The notes under the pieces are model-generated. The model searched no databases and was not told the DNA's origin. It saw only the letters and a program-made list of their open reading frames with translations. From Clostridia bacterium (GTDB lineage: Bacteria > Bacillota > Clostridia > Oscillospirales > Acutalibacteraceae), in assembly GCA_900759575.1 (NCBI GenBank), contig CAAEVU010000073.1:1-32860 (forward strand): 32,860 bases of DNA, written 5' to 3'. Position numbers and translations under genes: made by a program. Below, in pieces: positions 7,683 through 16,019 of this stretch. How positions within the stretch are numbered: position 1 is the first letter of the stretch; each line of letters starts with the position of its first letter.

Positions 7683-9608
7683 TTACTCGGTGACCCAAGC
7701 ATCCAAAACAGCGTTCTGCCAGCCCCAAGTAGCGGTGTTTTCCCAACCCTGCACGCGGGTGGAGAAGAAATCGTAGTACTGGTCAGAGTACAGGGGCACG
7801 TTGGGCAGTTTCTCGTTCCAAACCTTGATGAAGTTGCGCCAAGCTTCCAGCCAACCGTCGTGATCGTCGTAGGGGATGCTCTTCAGAGGCATAACAGCGT
7901 CGTTGAGTTCCTGATCGGAGATCCAGTTGGTGTTGTAGTTGCCCATCCAAGCTTCATCGTTGGAGAAGTAGTACCAGGGGGAGTTGGCGGTGGCAAAGCC
8001 AGTAGCCAGGTTGTACATGTTGTACATCACGTCGCCGCCGTGCAGCATAGCGGTCTGCAGGGTTGCGAAGTCGGTGGTGGTGGGCTGCAGTTCCATACCA
8101 GCCTCAGTCATGGTCTCGGGCAGCATGGTGGCCAGCAGGTCAGACACAGGGTTGCCATCGGAGTTGCACCAGGTGATGACCAGGGGCTTCAGCTCGCCGT
8201 TGACGTCCTTGTAACGGGTGCCGGTGCCGGAGTAGGGAGTGCCGTCAGCGTTCAGGGTCCAGCCGTCAGCTTCCAGCAGCTTCTTGGCCTCGTCCACGTT
8301 CATCTCATAGGTGTTCAGGTTCTCGTTGATCCAATCCACAGATTCCTGATACTCCCACTGAGCCAGGCCGTAGAAGGAATGTACCACAGAGCCGTAACCG
8401 CCGGTGTACTGACGGGCAAACTCGTTGCGGTCCAGGCAGTAGGCGATGGCCTGACGCACGTTCTCAGAGTCGGTGGGGAACACACTGCAGTCAAACTGCA
8501 GCTGGCCGTAGCCGTTACGCATGTAAGTAGCGTCGGAAGCAACGCCTTCTTCCACCAGATCCAGGCCGGCGTTGATGGTGTCGCCGCCGGAGCAGCTGTA
8601 CAGCATATCCACGGAGCCGCTCTCCAGCTCGCTCATCATGGTGTCAGAGGACACAGTCTTGATGATCAGAGTCTGGATGGAGGGCTTTACGCCGCGATAG
8701 TCGCCCACGAACTCGGGGTTCACCTTCAAGGTAGCCTGCTGGCTGGCAGCGTCAAAGCTATCGAACAGATAGGGGCCGCAGGTGACCTTGGGAGCGTACC
8801 GATAACCAGTTTCGGTGTTGTTGATGGTCTCGGCCAACAGCTCGGTGGTGAAATCACCAGTGATGGTGGCGCCGTTCTCAGTGTCTTCCACATCGCAATC
8901 AGGAGCGATCACGTGCAGGGGACGGGGACGGGCGCTGGCGTAGGTGATGTCATAGTGATAGGGCAGCTCAGAAGCCTTGATGGTGATGGAGTAGGTCATG
9001 TCATCCACCAGATGGATGCCGGAGAAGGTGTCGGCAGTGCCGGCCAACCACTCGTCATAGCCTACCACGGAGTAGCCGCTGTTGCAGGGATAGTTGTCCA
9101 CGCCGGCCATCTCGTTGCTGTTTTCCAGCAGCATGGCGAAGACGTAATCCTTAGCGGTGATGGGGGTGCCATCGCTCCACACCAGACCGTCTTTGAGGGA
9201 CACGGTGTAAGTCTTGGTGCCATCCTCGTTCTCGGTCTCTTCATGGCTCTTGACCACGGTGTCGTTGTAGGCGAACTCGCCTTCCTTGGTGTACACCACG
9301 GTGTCATAGCCGCCGTGGATCAGGTCGTACATGTTGTAGTTGGTCTCGGAGGTGGAGAACCCGGTGTCATAGAACTCGTTGAGCACCTGGGTGGTGGAAC
9401 CGATGACCAGCTGGCCGGTGGGCTCAGCAGGCTTTTCGCCAGTGGTGCCGGCCTCGGCGTCGGAGCTCAGACCTGAGCTCGCGTCTGAAGTCACTCCAGA
9501 CGAAGAACCCTGATCGTTGTTGGTAACGGTGCTCTGCTGGCCGCAGGCAGCTACCGACAACGCCAAGATTCCTGCCAGCAACAAGGACAGGATCTTTTTG
9601 GTTTTCAC
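7683..9608 (-). CDS. ABC transporter substrate-binding lipoprotein, family 5 (OppA/DppA-like)
   Basis: Lipoprotein signal MKTKKILSLLLAGILALSVAA-C, Ser/Thr linker, then YTVSLKDGLVWSDGTPITAKDYVF, CGPY, VRQAIAYCLDR, AKKLLEADGW. Confidence 0.9.
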   Translation of the reverse strand: MKTKKILSLLLAGILALSVAACGQQSTVTNNDQGSSSGVTSDASSGLSSDAEAGTTGEKPAEPTGQLVIGSTTQVLNEFYDTGFSTSETNYNMYDLIHGGYDTVVYTKEGEFAYNDTVVKSHEETENEDGTKTYTVSLKDGLVWSDGTPITAKDYVFAMLLENSNEMAGVDNYPCNSGYSVVGYDEWLAGTADTFSGIHLVDDMTYSITIKASELPYHYDITYASARPRPLHVIAPDCDVEDTENGATITGDFTTELLAETINNTETGYRYAPKVTCGPYLFDSFDAASQQATLKVNPEFVGDYRGVKPSIQTLIIKTVSSDTMMSELESGSVDMLYSCSGGDTINAGLDLVEEGVASDATYMRNGYGQLQFDCSVFPTDSENVRQAIAYCLDRNEFARQYTGGYGSVVHSFYGLAQWEYQESVDWINENLNTYEMNVDEAKKLLEADGWTLNADGTPYSGTGTRYKDVNGELKPLVITWCNSDGNPVSDLLATMLPETMTEAGMELQPTTTDFATLQTAMLHGGDVMYNMYNLATGFATANSPWYYFSNDEAWMGNYNTNWISDQELNDAVMPLKSIPYDDHDGWLEAWRNFIKVWNEKLPNVPLYSDQYYDFFSTRVQGWENTATWGWQNAVLDAWVTE

Positions 9609-9695
9609 AGTTTTTTCCTTCTTTCCTCAATACATGTTGATTTTTTGCGCCCCCGCCAAAAAAGCGGGACGCTATGCTTATGCGAAAGCCTTTTT

Positions 9696-9724
9696 ATATT
9701 AGCAAAAAATTAACAAAAGGTCAA
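9696..9724 (-). promoter_or_regulatory. sigmaA promoter of the opp operon
   Basis: Minus strand TTGACC-N17-TAATAT with TGn extended -10. Confidence 0.6.
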
Positions 9725-9803
9725 GATATTTTCCGATTTATGCGAAAAAGACAGAAACTGTCGCAAATTTTGTCACCTAAAAATATGGCAACGTCCAGCA
9801 CCC

Positions 9804-11606
9804 TTATTTGTCGGAGAGCTTTTCCATCTCTTCCACCAGATTTTCGAAAAGTTTCAGAGCGTCGTCCACCGGTGCGGGAGTGCTCATATCCACGCCGGCG
9901 CCTTTCAGCAGGGAAACGGGGTCAGTGGAGCAGCCGCCGCTGAGGAAATGCAGGTAATCTTTCACAGCGGGAGCCCCTTCCTTCAAGATGCGCTGAGACA
10001 GGGCAATGGCGGCGGAGAAGCCGGTGGCGTACTGATAAACGTAGAATTCCCGGTAGAAATGGGGGATTCTGGCCCACTCCAGGGAGATTTCCGGATCGGG
10101 TTCTATGTCCTCACCGTAATATTCCCGGTTCAATTCCCCGTACTTCTGGCACAGGGCTTGGGCGGTAAGGGGATGGCCCATCTGAGTCTCCTGGCTGCAC
10201 CAAAGTTCAAACTCGGCAAACATGGTCTGACGGTACAGGGTGGTGCGGAACTGCTCCAGGAAATAGTTGATGAGGTAAGCACGCTGTTTGGGTTCCTGCG
10301 TCTTGCTAAGCAGATACTGCATCAGCAGGGACTCGTTGCAGGTAGAGGCCACTTCCGCTACAAAAATTTTATAATAGGCGTAGGTGATGGACTGCTCTTT
10401 GCTGGAAAGATAGGAGTGAAGAGCGTGGCCCATTTCGTGGACCAACGTGAACATGTCGTCCAAAGTGTCGGTGTAGTTCAGCAGCACAAAGGGGTGGTTT
10501 CCGAAGACACCGGAGGAATAGGCGCCGGAACGTTTCCCTTGGTTTTCATACACGTCGATCCACCGGTTGGAGAAACCTTCCCGCAGAATGTTGAGATAGT
10601 CCTCACCCAAAGGAGCCAGCGCTTCCAAAGCAGTCTCCTTGGCCTGGTCAAAGGAGACTACCTGGTCTTGATCCGCCACCATGGGAGCATAGATGTCATA
10701 GTAGTGAAGCTTGTCCACGCCCAGCAGTTTTTTCCGCAGCCGGATGTACCGGTGCATGGCGGGAAGGTTTTTCCGCACAGTGGCAACGAGATTGTGGTAG
10801 ATCTCCACCGGCACCTCGTTTTGATCCAAAGCCGCGTGAAGGGCGGAGGGGTACTTCCGGGCGTTGGCGAAAAATTGCAGCTGCTTCATCTGGCCTTCCA
10901 GAGAAGAGGCAAAGGTGTTCTGGAAATTCCGGTAGGAGCCGTACAGGGACTCAAACGCCGATTTCCGCAGGGTGCGGTCGGATTCCTGCATCAAGGGGAT
11001 GAACGTGCCGTGAGTCACCGGATGTTTCCCACCTTTTTCGTCTACGGCGTCAGGGAATGTCAGGTCGGCGTCATTCAAGAAGTTATAGGTTTCGCCCGGG
11101 ATCTGTCCCAGTTTCCCGGCAGCGGCCAGCAAAGCTTCTTCATTTTGGGACAGAGTGTGGCTCTTTTGCCGAAGGGCGCGGTTCAGCACCAGGCGGTAAT
11201 GCTCCAGACCGGGAGTGTCTTTGTAAAAGGCCGCCAGAGTCTCGTCGGAGAGCTGCAGCACTTCGGGAGTAAAGAAAGCCGTTGCCTCCTGGGCTTCCAG
11301 AAGCAGATTGTGCATTTGGCCGCTCATTTTTTGGTAAACAGGATTGCGGGTATCCTCGTCCTTTTTATACATGGCATAGCCGGCGAAGGGATCGGCAATC
11401 TGGGTGAACTGGTCGTTCAGCTGGAGAAATGCCAGCAGGTTTTCGCCGCTTTCTCCCAGTTTGCCCTGGTAGCCTTTCAGTTTTTCTAGAATCTCCCGAA
11501 GCTTGGGGATCTCCGCTTCCCAGGCTTTATCGGTAGCGAACAGGTCGGTGGTCGCCCAGGTGAATTGGGGGTCCACCTGGCTGCGAACAGGGATCTTGTG
11601 TTCCAT
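9804..11606 (-). CDS. pepF: Oligoendopeptidase F (peptidase M3B)
   Basis: RWIDVYENQGKRSGAYS, TLVHEMGHALHS (HEXXH), IFVAEVASTCNE, WARIPHFY, FYVYQYATG. RBS AAAGGAG. Confidence 0.95.
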   Translation of the reverse strand: MEHKIPVRSQVDPQFTWATTDLFATDKAWEAEIPKLREILEKLKGYQGKLGESGENLLAFLQLNDQFTQIADPFAGYAMYKKDEDTRNPVYQKMSGQMHNLLLEAQEATAFFTPEVLQLSDETLAAFYKDTPGLEHYRLVLNRALRQKSHTLSQNEEALLAAAGKLGQIPGETYNFLNDADLTFPDAVDEKGGKHPVTHGTFIPLMQESDRTLRKSAFESLYGSYRNFQNTFASSLEGQMKQLQFFANARKYPSALHAALDQNEVPVEIYHNLVATVRKNLPAMHRYIRLRKKLLGVDKLHYYDIYAPMVADQDQVVSFDQAKETALEALAPLGEDYLNILREGFSNRWIDVYENQGKRSGAYSSGVFGNHPFVLLNYTDTLDDMFTLVHEMGHALHSYLSSKEQSITYAYYKIFVAEVASTCNESLLMQYLLSKTQEPKQRAYLINYFLEQFRTTLYRQTMFAEFELWCSQETQMGHPLTAQALCQKYGELNREYYGEDIEPDPEISLEWARIPHFYREFYVYQYATGFSAAIALSQRILKEGAPAVKDYLHFLSGGCSTDPVSLLKGAGVDMSTPAPVDDALKLFENLVEEMEKLSDK

Positions 11607-11743
11607 AACAAAGCTCCTTTCATCAATAGCGTTCTCAGGTCAAGGCACAGTATAGCACAGGGTTAGGGGAAACAAAAGGGCTTCCGTGTCATTTTAAGAA
11701 ATGGAAATAAAGGAGGAAGAAAGGACCTTTTTTCTATATAAAT

Positions 11744-11777
11744 ATAATTCGCTATATTATATTGTATACGAAATTAT
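11744..11777. other. 34-bp imperfect palindrome with 13-8-13 loxP/dif-like architecture
   Basis: ATAATTCGCTATA-TTATATTG-TATACGAAATTAT. The right arm matches the loxP arm TATACGAAGTTAT at 12/13 and the left arm matches ATAACTTCGTATA at 9/13. It lies in an AT-rich intergenic region. Confidence 0.45.
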
Positions 11778-11861
11778 AAGATAAAAGATTTTTCGAGGCG
11801 AAAATATCCATAAAAGAACATGAGTACATGAAAAAATTTATCATATAGCCTACAAATTCTA

Positions 11862-11891
11862 TTGACGGGAGGGAACTAATCATTGTAAGAT
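11862..11891 (+). promoter_or_regulatory. Putative sigmaA promoter of the GH3-esterase operon
   Basis: TTGACG-N18-TAAGAT, about 30 nt upstream of the ATG at 11921 (RBS AAGGAGG). Confidence 0.45.
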
Positions 11892-11920
11892 GAAGGAAGA
11901 AAAAGCAAGGAGGAATTGCT

Positions 11921-14332
11921 ATGTTTGATAATGTGTCCATAGAGGATATCCCTCAGGAAATTTTGGACCAGCTTGCTCAGGAAATGCACAAACCCGTTTT
12001 TGGCGAAAAGGTCATTGAAGAGCATATGCCTGCCCTGTGCCGCAAGGCCGGAGCGGAAGGCGCTGTGCTGCTGAAAAATGAGGGGGGTGTGCTGCCCCTG
12101 AAAAAGGATCAGCCTGTGGCCGTGTTTGGCCGTGTGCAGGTGGATTATTTTTACGTGGGTTACGGTTCCGGCGGCGATGTGAATCCTCCCTATAAAGTCA
12201 ATCTGATGGAGGGTCTGGAGAACGCCGGAGTGCAGGTGGACCAGCCTTTGGCGGAAACATATGCCAAGTGGAGCGCCGAGCACGAGCCCAACATGGGCTT
12301 CTGGGGACATTGGCCCCGCTATTTTGAAGAAATGCCCCTGGAAGACAGCCAGGTGAAGGAAGCAGCTTCCCGCTGCCAGACCGCCCTGGTGGTCATTGGC
12401 CGGGCTGCTGGCGAGGCCCGTGAAAACGCGCTGGAGCCGGGCAGCTTTTATCTGACCGAGGACGAAAAGAAATTGCTCTCCCAGGTGACGGGAGCGTTTG
12501 CCCACACCGTGGTGGTCATCGATTCCGGCAGCGTGATGGATCTGGCTTGGCTGGAAGACTATGCCATTGACGGTGCCATGTATGTGTGGCAGGGCGGCAT
12601 GGAAAGCGGCAACGCCGTGGCGGATGTGCTCACCGGCGAGGTAACTCCTTGCGGCAAGCTCACCGATACCATTGCCTATCGCTATGAAGATTATCCCAGC
12701 GCCGACAATTTCCTTGGCGACGAGGTAAATACCTACGCCGAAGATATTTTCGTGGGATACCGTTATTTCGAAACCTTCGCCAAGGACGCTGTCCAGTTCC
12801 CCTTTGGATTTGGCCTGTCCTATACCACCTTTGCTCTGGAGAACATCCAGGTGAAGACTTATGGCGACACCGTGCGGGTGAAAGTGGCGGTAAAGAATAC
12901 CGGTTCTTGCTCCGGCAAGGAAGTGGTGCAGGTCTACGGCGCTGCTCCCCAGGGTGCTTTGGGCAAGGCGGCTCGGGTGCTGGCAGCGTTCCAAAAGACA
13001 AAGCTGCTCCAGCCCGGTGAGACCCAGACCTTGAACCTCACCTTTGGTCTGGACGCCCTTGCCAGCTTTGACGATTCCGGCGCCACCGGCCACAAGGACG
13101 CTTGGGTGCTGGAAGCCGGAGAGTATGGCATTTATGTGGGCACCGACGTGCGTTCTGCGCAGAAGCAGGGCGCTGTGGAAGTACCCGAACTGCGTGTAGT
13201 GCGCCAGCTTCAGGAAGTGTGCGCTCCTGTGGTGGCGTTTGACCGTATGGTCAATAAAAATGGGGAAAAAGCCTTTGAGCCTGTGCCCATGGCCACCCGT
13301 TCTTTGAAGGATCGCATTTTGGACAACCTGCCGGAAGAGATCCCCTTTACCGGCGATCAGGGCATCAAGCTTCGGGATGTGGCGGACGGCCTTGCCTCCA
13401 TGGAGGACTTTGTGGCCCAGATCACACCGGAGGACCTGGAAGCCCTCAGCCGGGGCGACCTGATCATGGACAGCCCCCTGGGTGCCAAGGGCAACGCCGC
13501 TGTCATGGGCGGTATCACCGAGTCCCTGCGGGCCATGGGTGTGCCTCCCATCACCACCACCGATGGACCTTCCGGTATCCGGCTGCAGTATTATTGCTCC
13601 TTGCTGCCTTGCGGCACGGCGCTGGCCTGCACCTGGAATCCCCAGCTGGTGGAAAGCCTGTATCAGTCCCACGGCCGTGAGATGGTCATGAAGGGCAGCG
13701 ATGTGCTCTTGGGGCCTGGCATGAACATCCACCGCAATCCCCTGTGCGGCCGGAACTTCGAGTATTTCTCCGAGGACCCTGTGGTCACCGGTAAGATCGG
13801 CGCGGCCATGGTGCGGGGCATCCAGAAGAACGGCGTTTCCGCCTGCCCCAAGCACTTTGCCTGCAACAACCAGGAAACCAACCGGGAATATAACGATTCC
13901 CGTGTCTCCCAGCGTGCTTTGCGGGAGATCTATCTGAAGGGATTTGAGATCTGCGTGGCGGAAGCTGCCCCCCAGAACATCATGACCAGCTACAACAAGA
14001 TCAACGGTGTTTGGAACCACTACAATTATGACCTGTGCACCACGGTGCTCCGGGGCGAGTGGGGCTATGAGGGCTGCATCATGACCGACTGGTGGATGCG
14101 TCCCAGTCCGGACCCGGATTTCCCCGACCTGTGGGACAGCGCCTATCGTGTGCGGGCTCAGGTGGACGTGCTGATGCCCGGCGCCATCAATCACGAGGGC
14201 GACCCGGATACCGCCATTTTGGAATCTCTCAAGAAGGAAAATGGCCTGACTCTGGGCGAATTGCAGCGCAACGCATGCAACTTGCTGCGTCACGCAATCA
14301 AGAGCAATGCCCTGAAACGGATGAGAGCATAA
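11921..14332 (+). CDS. GH3 beta-glucosidase with permuted domain order (sandwich domain, FnIII, then TIM barrel)
   Basis: The N-terminus carries the usual C-domain motifs (AEGAVLLKNEGGVLPL, WQGGMESGNAVADVLTG, YAEDIFVGYRYF, FPFGFGLSYT, GKEVVQVY). The C-terminus carries DGPSGIR, GPGMNIHRNPLCGRNFEYFSEDP, KHFACN and the nucleophile motif MTDWW. No signal peptide. Confidence 0.92.
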   Translation: MFDNVSIEDIPQEILDQLAQEMHKPVFGEKVIEEHMPALCRKAGAEGAVLLKNEGGVLPLKKDQPVAVFGRVQVDYFYVGYGSGGDVNPPYKVNLMEGLENAGVQVDQPLAETYAKWSAEHEPNMGFWGHWPRYFEEMPLEDSQVKEAASRCQTALVVIGRAAGEARENALEPGSFYLTEDEKKLLSQVTGAFAHTVVVIDSGSVMDLAWLEDYAIDGAMYVWQGGMESGNAVADVLTGEVTPCGKLTDTIAYRYEDYPSADNFLGDEVNTYAEDIFVGYRYFETFAKDAVQFPFGFGLSYTTFALENIQVKTYGDTVRVKVAVKNTGSCSGKEVVQVYGAAPQGALGKAARVLAAFQKTKLLQPGETQTLNLTFGLDALASFDDSGATGHKDAWVLEAGEYGIYVGTDVRSAQKQGAVEVPELRVVRQLQEVCAPVVAFDRMVNKNGEKAFEPVPMATRSLKDRILDNLPEEIPFTGDQGIKLRDVADGLASMEDFVAQITPEDLEALSRGDLIMDSPLGAKGNAAVMGGITESLRAMGVPPITTTDGPSGIRLQYYCSLLPCGTALACTWNPQLVESLYQSHGREMVMKGSDVLLGPGMNIHRNPLCGRNFEYFSEDPVVTGKIGAAMVRGIQKNGVSACPKHFACNNQETNREYNDSRVSQRALREIYLKGFEICVAEAAPQNIMTSYNKINGVWNHYNYDLCTTVLRGEWGYEGCIMTDWWMRPSPDPDFPDLWDSAYRVRAQVDVLMPGAINHEGDPDTAILESLKKENGLTLGELQRNACNLLRHAIKSNALKRMRA

Positions 14333-14374
14333 GGGAGCCGGTCATAGGAGGCCGTTTCAAAGGAGGAGTTTGCA

Positions 14375-15424
14375 ATGCCCGATTGGAGTCGTTTTGAAGA
14401 AATGTGGAAAAAAGAAGAACCGGTGCACCGGGCCATGGGGCCGTTGAAGCATCAGGCCATCACCGTGTTCGAGGACTGTGTGAATTATCCCACCCCCCAG
14501 GTTGTGGAGTTGGTGGAGCTGTACCGGGATATTGTGTGGAAACCCTACAGTGAGGCCACGGAAGAGCGGGTGAAAAAACTGGGCCAGCTGCTGAGCGCCA
14601 TTCAGCCGGTGGAAGATCCCAAACCCCGGATCTATCTGTGGGAAGAGGGAAATATGCCTTGGGAAACGGAGTATACCGACAATTCCAATCTTCGGTACAA
14701 CCATAACCCGGACTTTAAACCCTACATGTACGAACTGCTTTTGCCGGAAGGCGTGACCCCCAAAGGGGCAGTGGTGTTCTGCGCCGGCGGTGACCACGGA
14801 GATGCCAATGTGTTGGAAGGCTACCAGAGCGCCTTGGATTTCAACGCCATGGGATACCAGTCCTTCCTGCTGCTGAACCGTACCAACCACAACCCCTGGA
14901 GCCAGAAGGAAGCCGGAGTGGACGCGGCCAGAGCCATGCGCATTGTGCGGAAAAACGCCGCCAAGTATGGCATTGATCCCAAGCAGGTGGCCTTTGCCGG
15001 GTTCTCCAACGGCGGTGTCACCGGGGAAGGGCTGATCCAGTATTTTTCCGGCAAACAGACGGTGAAAGAATCTTTCCCGGACTATGTTCCCGACGAACTG
15101 GACCAGATCGACGCCACCCCTGCGGCGTTCCTGTGCGTCTATGGCCCCCGCTTTGCGGGAGAGCCTTTCGACTACGAGAATGTGGTCTATCCTCCCACCT
15201 TCTTTGCAGTGGGACGGGAAGACAGCGCCATGGACAACCTGCGGGCCACCTATCCGGAGCTGCTGGCTCACGGGGTGGAACTGGAAGTTCACACCTTTGC
15301 AGGAGTGCCCCATGGTCAAGCCGGAGCGCCCTTGGTGACCAGGGATGTGAAGTATCCCAATTTCCAGCTGTGGCTGCCTTTGGCGGACGCTTTCCTCCAG
15401 GACGTGTACGCCAAACAGAAATAA
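14375..15424 (+). CDS. alpha/beta-hydrolase (putative carbohydrate esterase)
   Basis: AVVFCAGG oxyanion region, DAARAMRIVRKNAAKYGIDPKQVAFAGFSNGG (GxSxG), PPTFFAVGRED (Asp), EVHTFAGVPHG (His). RBS AAGGAGG. Confidence 0.85.
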   Translation: MPDWSRFEEMWKKEEPVHRAMGPLKHQAITVFEDCVNYPTPQVVELVELYRDIVWKPYSEATEERVKKLGQLLSAIQPVEDPKPRIYLWEEGNMPWETEYTDNSNLRYNHNPDFKPYMYELLLPEGVTPKGAVVFCAGGDHGDANVLEGYQSALDFNAMGYQSFLLLNRTNHNPWSQKEAGVDAARAMRIVRKNAAKYGIDPKQVAFAGFSNGGVTGEGLIQYFSGKQTVKESFPDYVPDELDQIDATPAAFLCVYGPRFAGEPFDYENVVYPPTFFAVGREDSAMDNLRATYPELLAHGVELEVHTFAGVPHGQAGAPLVTRDVKYPNFQLWLPLADAFLQDVYAKQK

Positions 15425-15447
15425 TCATGTAACGCAAATCGGTTTTT

Positions 15448-15499
15448 AAAAAAGCCGGAGTCTGACACAGTGAAATGTGTTTCAGGCTCCGGCTTTTTT
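15448..15499 (+). terminator. Rho-independent terminator after the esterase
   Basis: AAAAAAGCCGGAGTCTGA...TCAGGCTCCGGCTTTTTT. Confidence 0.8.
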
Positions 15500-15508
15500 G
15501 CAAAACGG

Positions 15509-15538
15509 GCATAATCAGCATCTTTTTTTGCCACACTA
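15509..15538 (+). promoter_or_regulatory. Forespore sigmaG-type promoter for spoVA
   Basis: GCATA(15509-15513)-N18-CACACTA(15532-15538), close to the sigmaG consensus. spoVA is a known sigmaG operon in Bacillus and Clostridium. Confidence 0.7.
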
Positions 15539-15563
15539 ACAGAAATTGCAAAGGGGGATGCTT

Positions 15564-16010
15564 ATGAAAACCGTTTCCAAAGAGGAATATAAGCGGCGGG
15601 TGGAAAAAGCTTCGCCTCCAACCACCGTGGGAAAAAACTGCCTGTTGGCGTTCCTTTCCGGGGGAGCTATTTGCACCTTGGGCCAAGCGCTGTGTAACCT
15701 GTATGAAAATTTGGGGTTGGATCTGCCCCAGGCCCGGACAGGGGTGTCCATCAGTTTGATTTTCCTTTCCGCTTTGTTGACCACTTTGGGGCTTTACGAC
15801 CGGATCGCCAAGCATACCGGAGCGGGCACCCTGGTGCCCATCACCGGATTTGCCAATTCCATGGTATCCCCGGCGTTGGAATTTAAAAGCGAGGGTTATG
15901 TCACTGGGTTGGGCGCCAAACTGTTTACAGTGGCCGGGCCGGTGCTGGTGTTCGGCATCACAGCGTCGGTGGTGTACGGCATTATTTTGTTTGTCATGTC
16001 TCTGCTGTGA
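15564..16010 (+). CDS. spoVAC: Stage V sporulation protein AC
   Basis: NCLLAFLSGGAICTLGQ, LYDRIAKHTGAGTLVPITGFANSMVSPALEFKSEGYVTGLGAKLFTVAGPVLVFG. Start ATG 15564 after AAGGGGG. Confidence 0.92.
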   Translation: MKTVSKEEYKRRVEKASPPTTVGKNCLLAFLSGGAICTLGQALCNLYENLGLDLPQARTGVSISLIFLSALLTTLGLYDRIAKHTGAGTLVPITGFANSMVSPALEFKSEGYVTGLGAKLFTVAGPVLVFGITASVVYGIILFVMSLL

Positions 16011-16019
16011 GGTGGGAAT

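Noticed and set aside
9725..9785. Possible CodY boxes upstream of oppA
   Set aside because: The best match I found has about six mismatches to the 15-bp consensus in AT-rich DNA.
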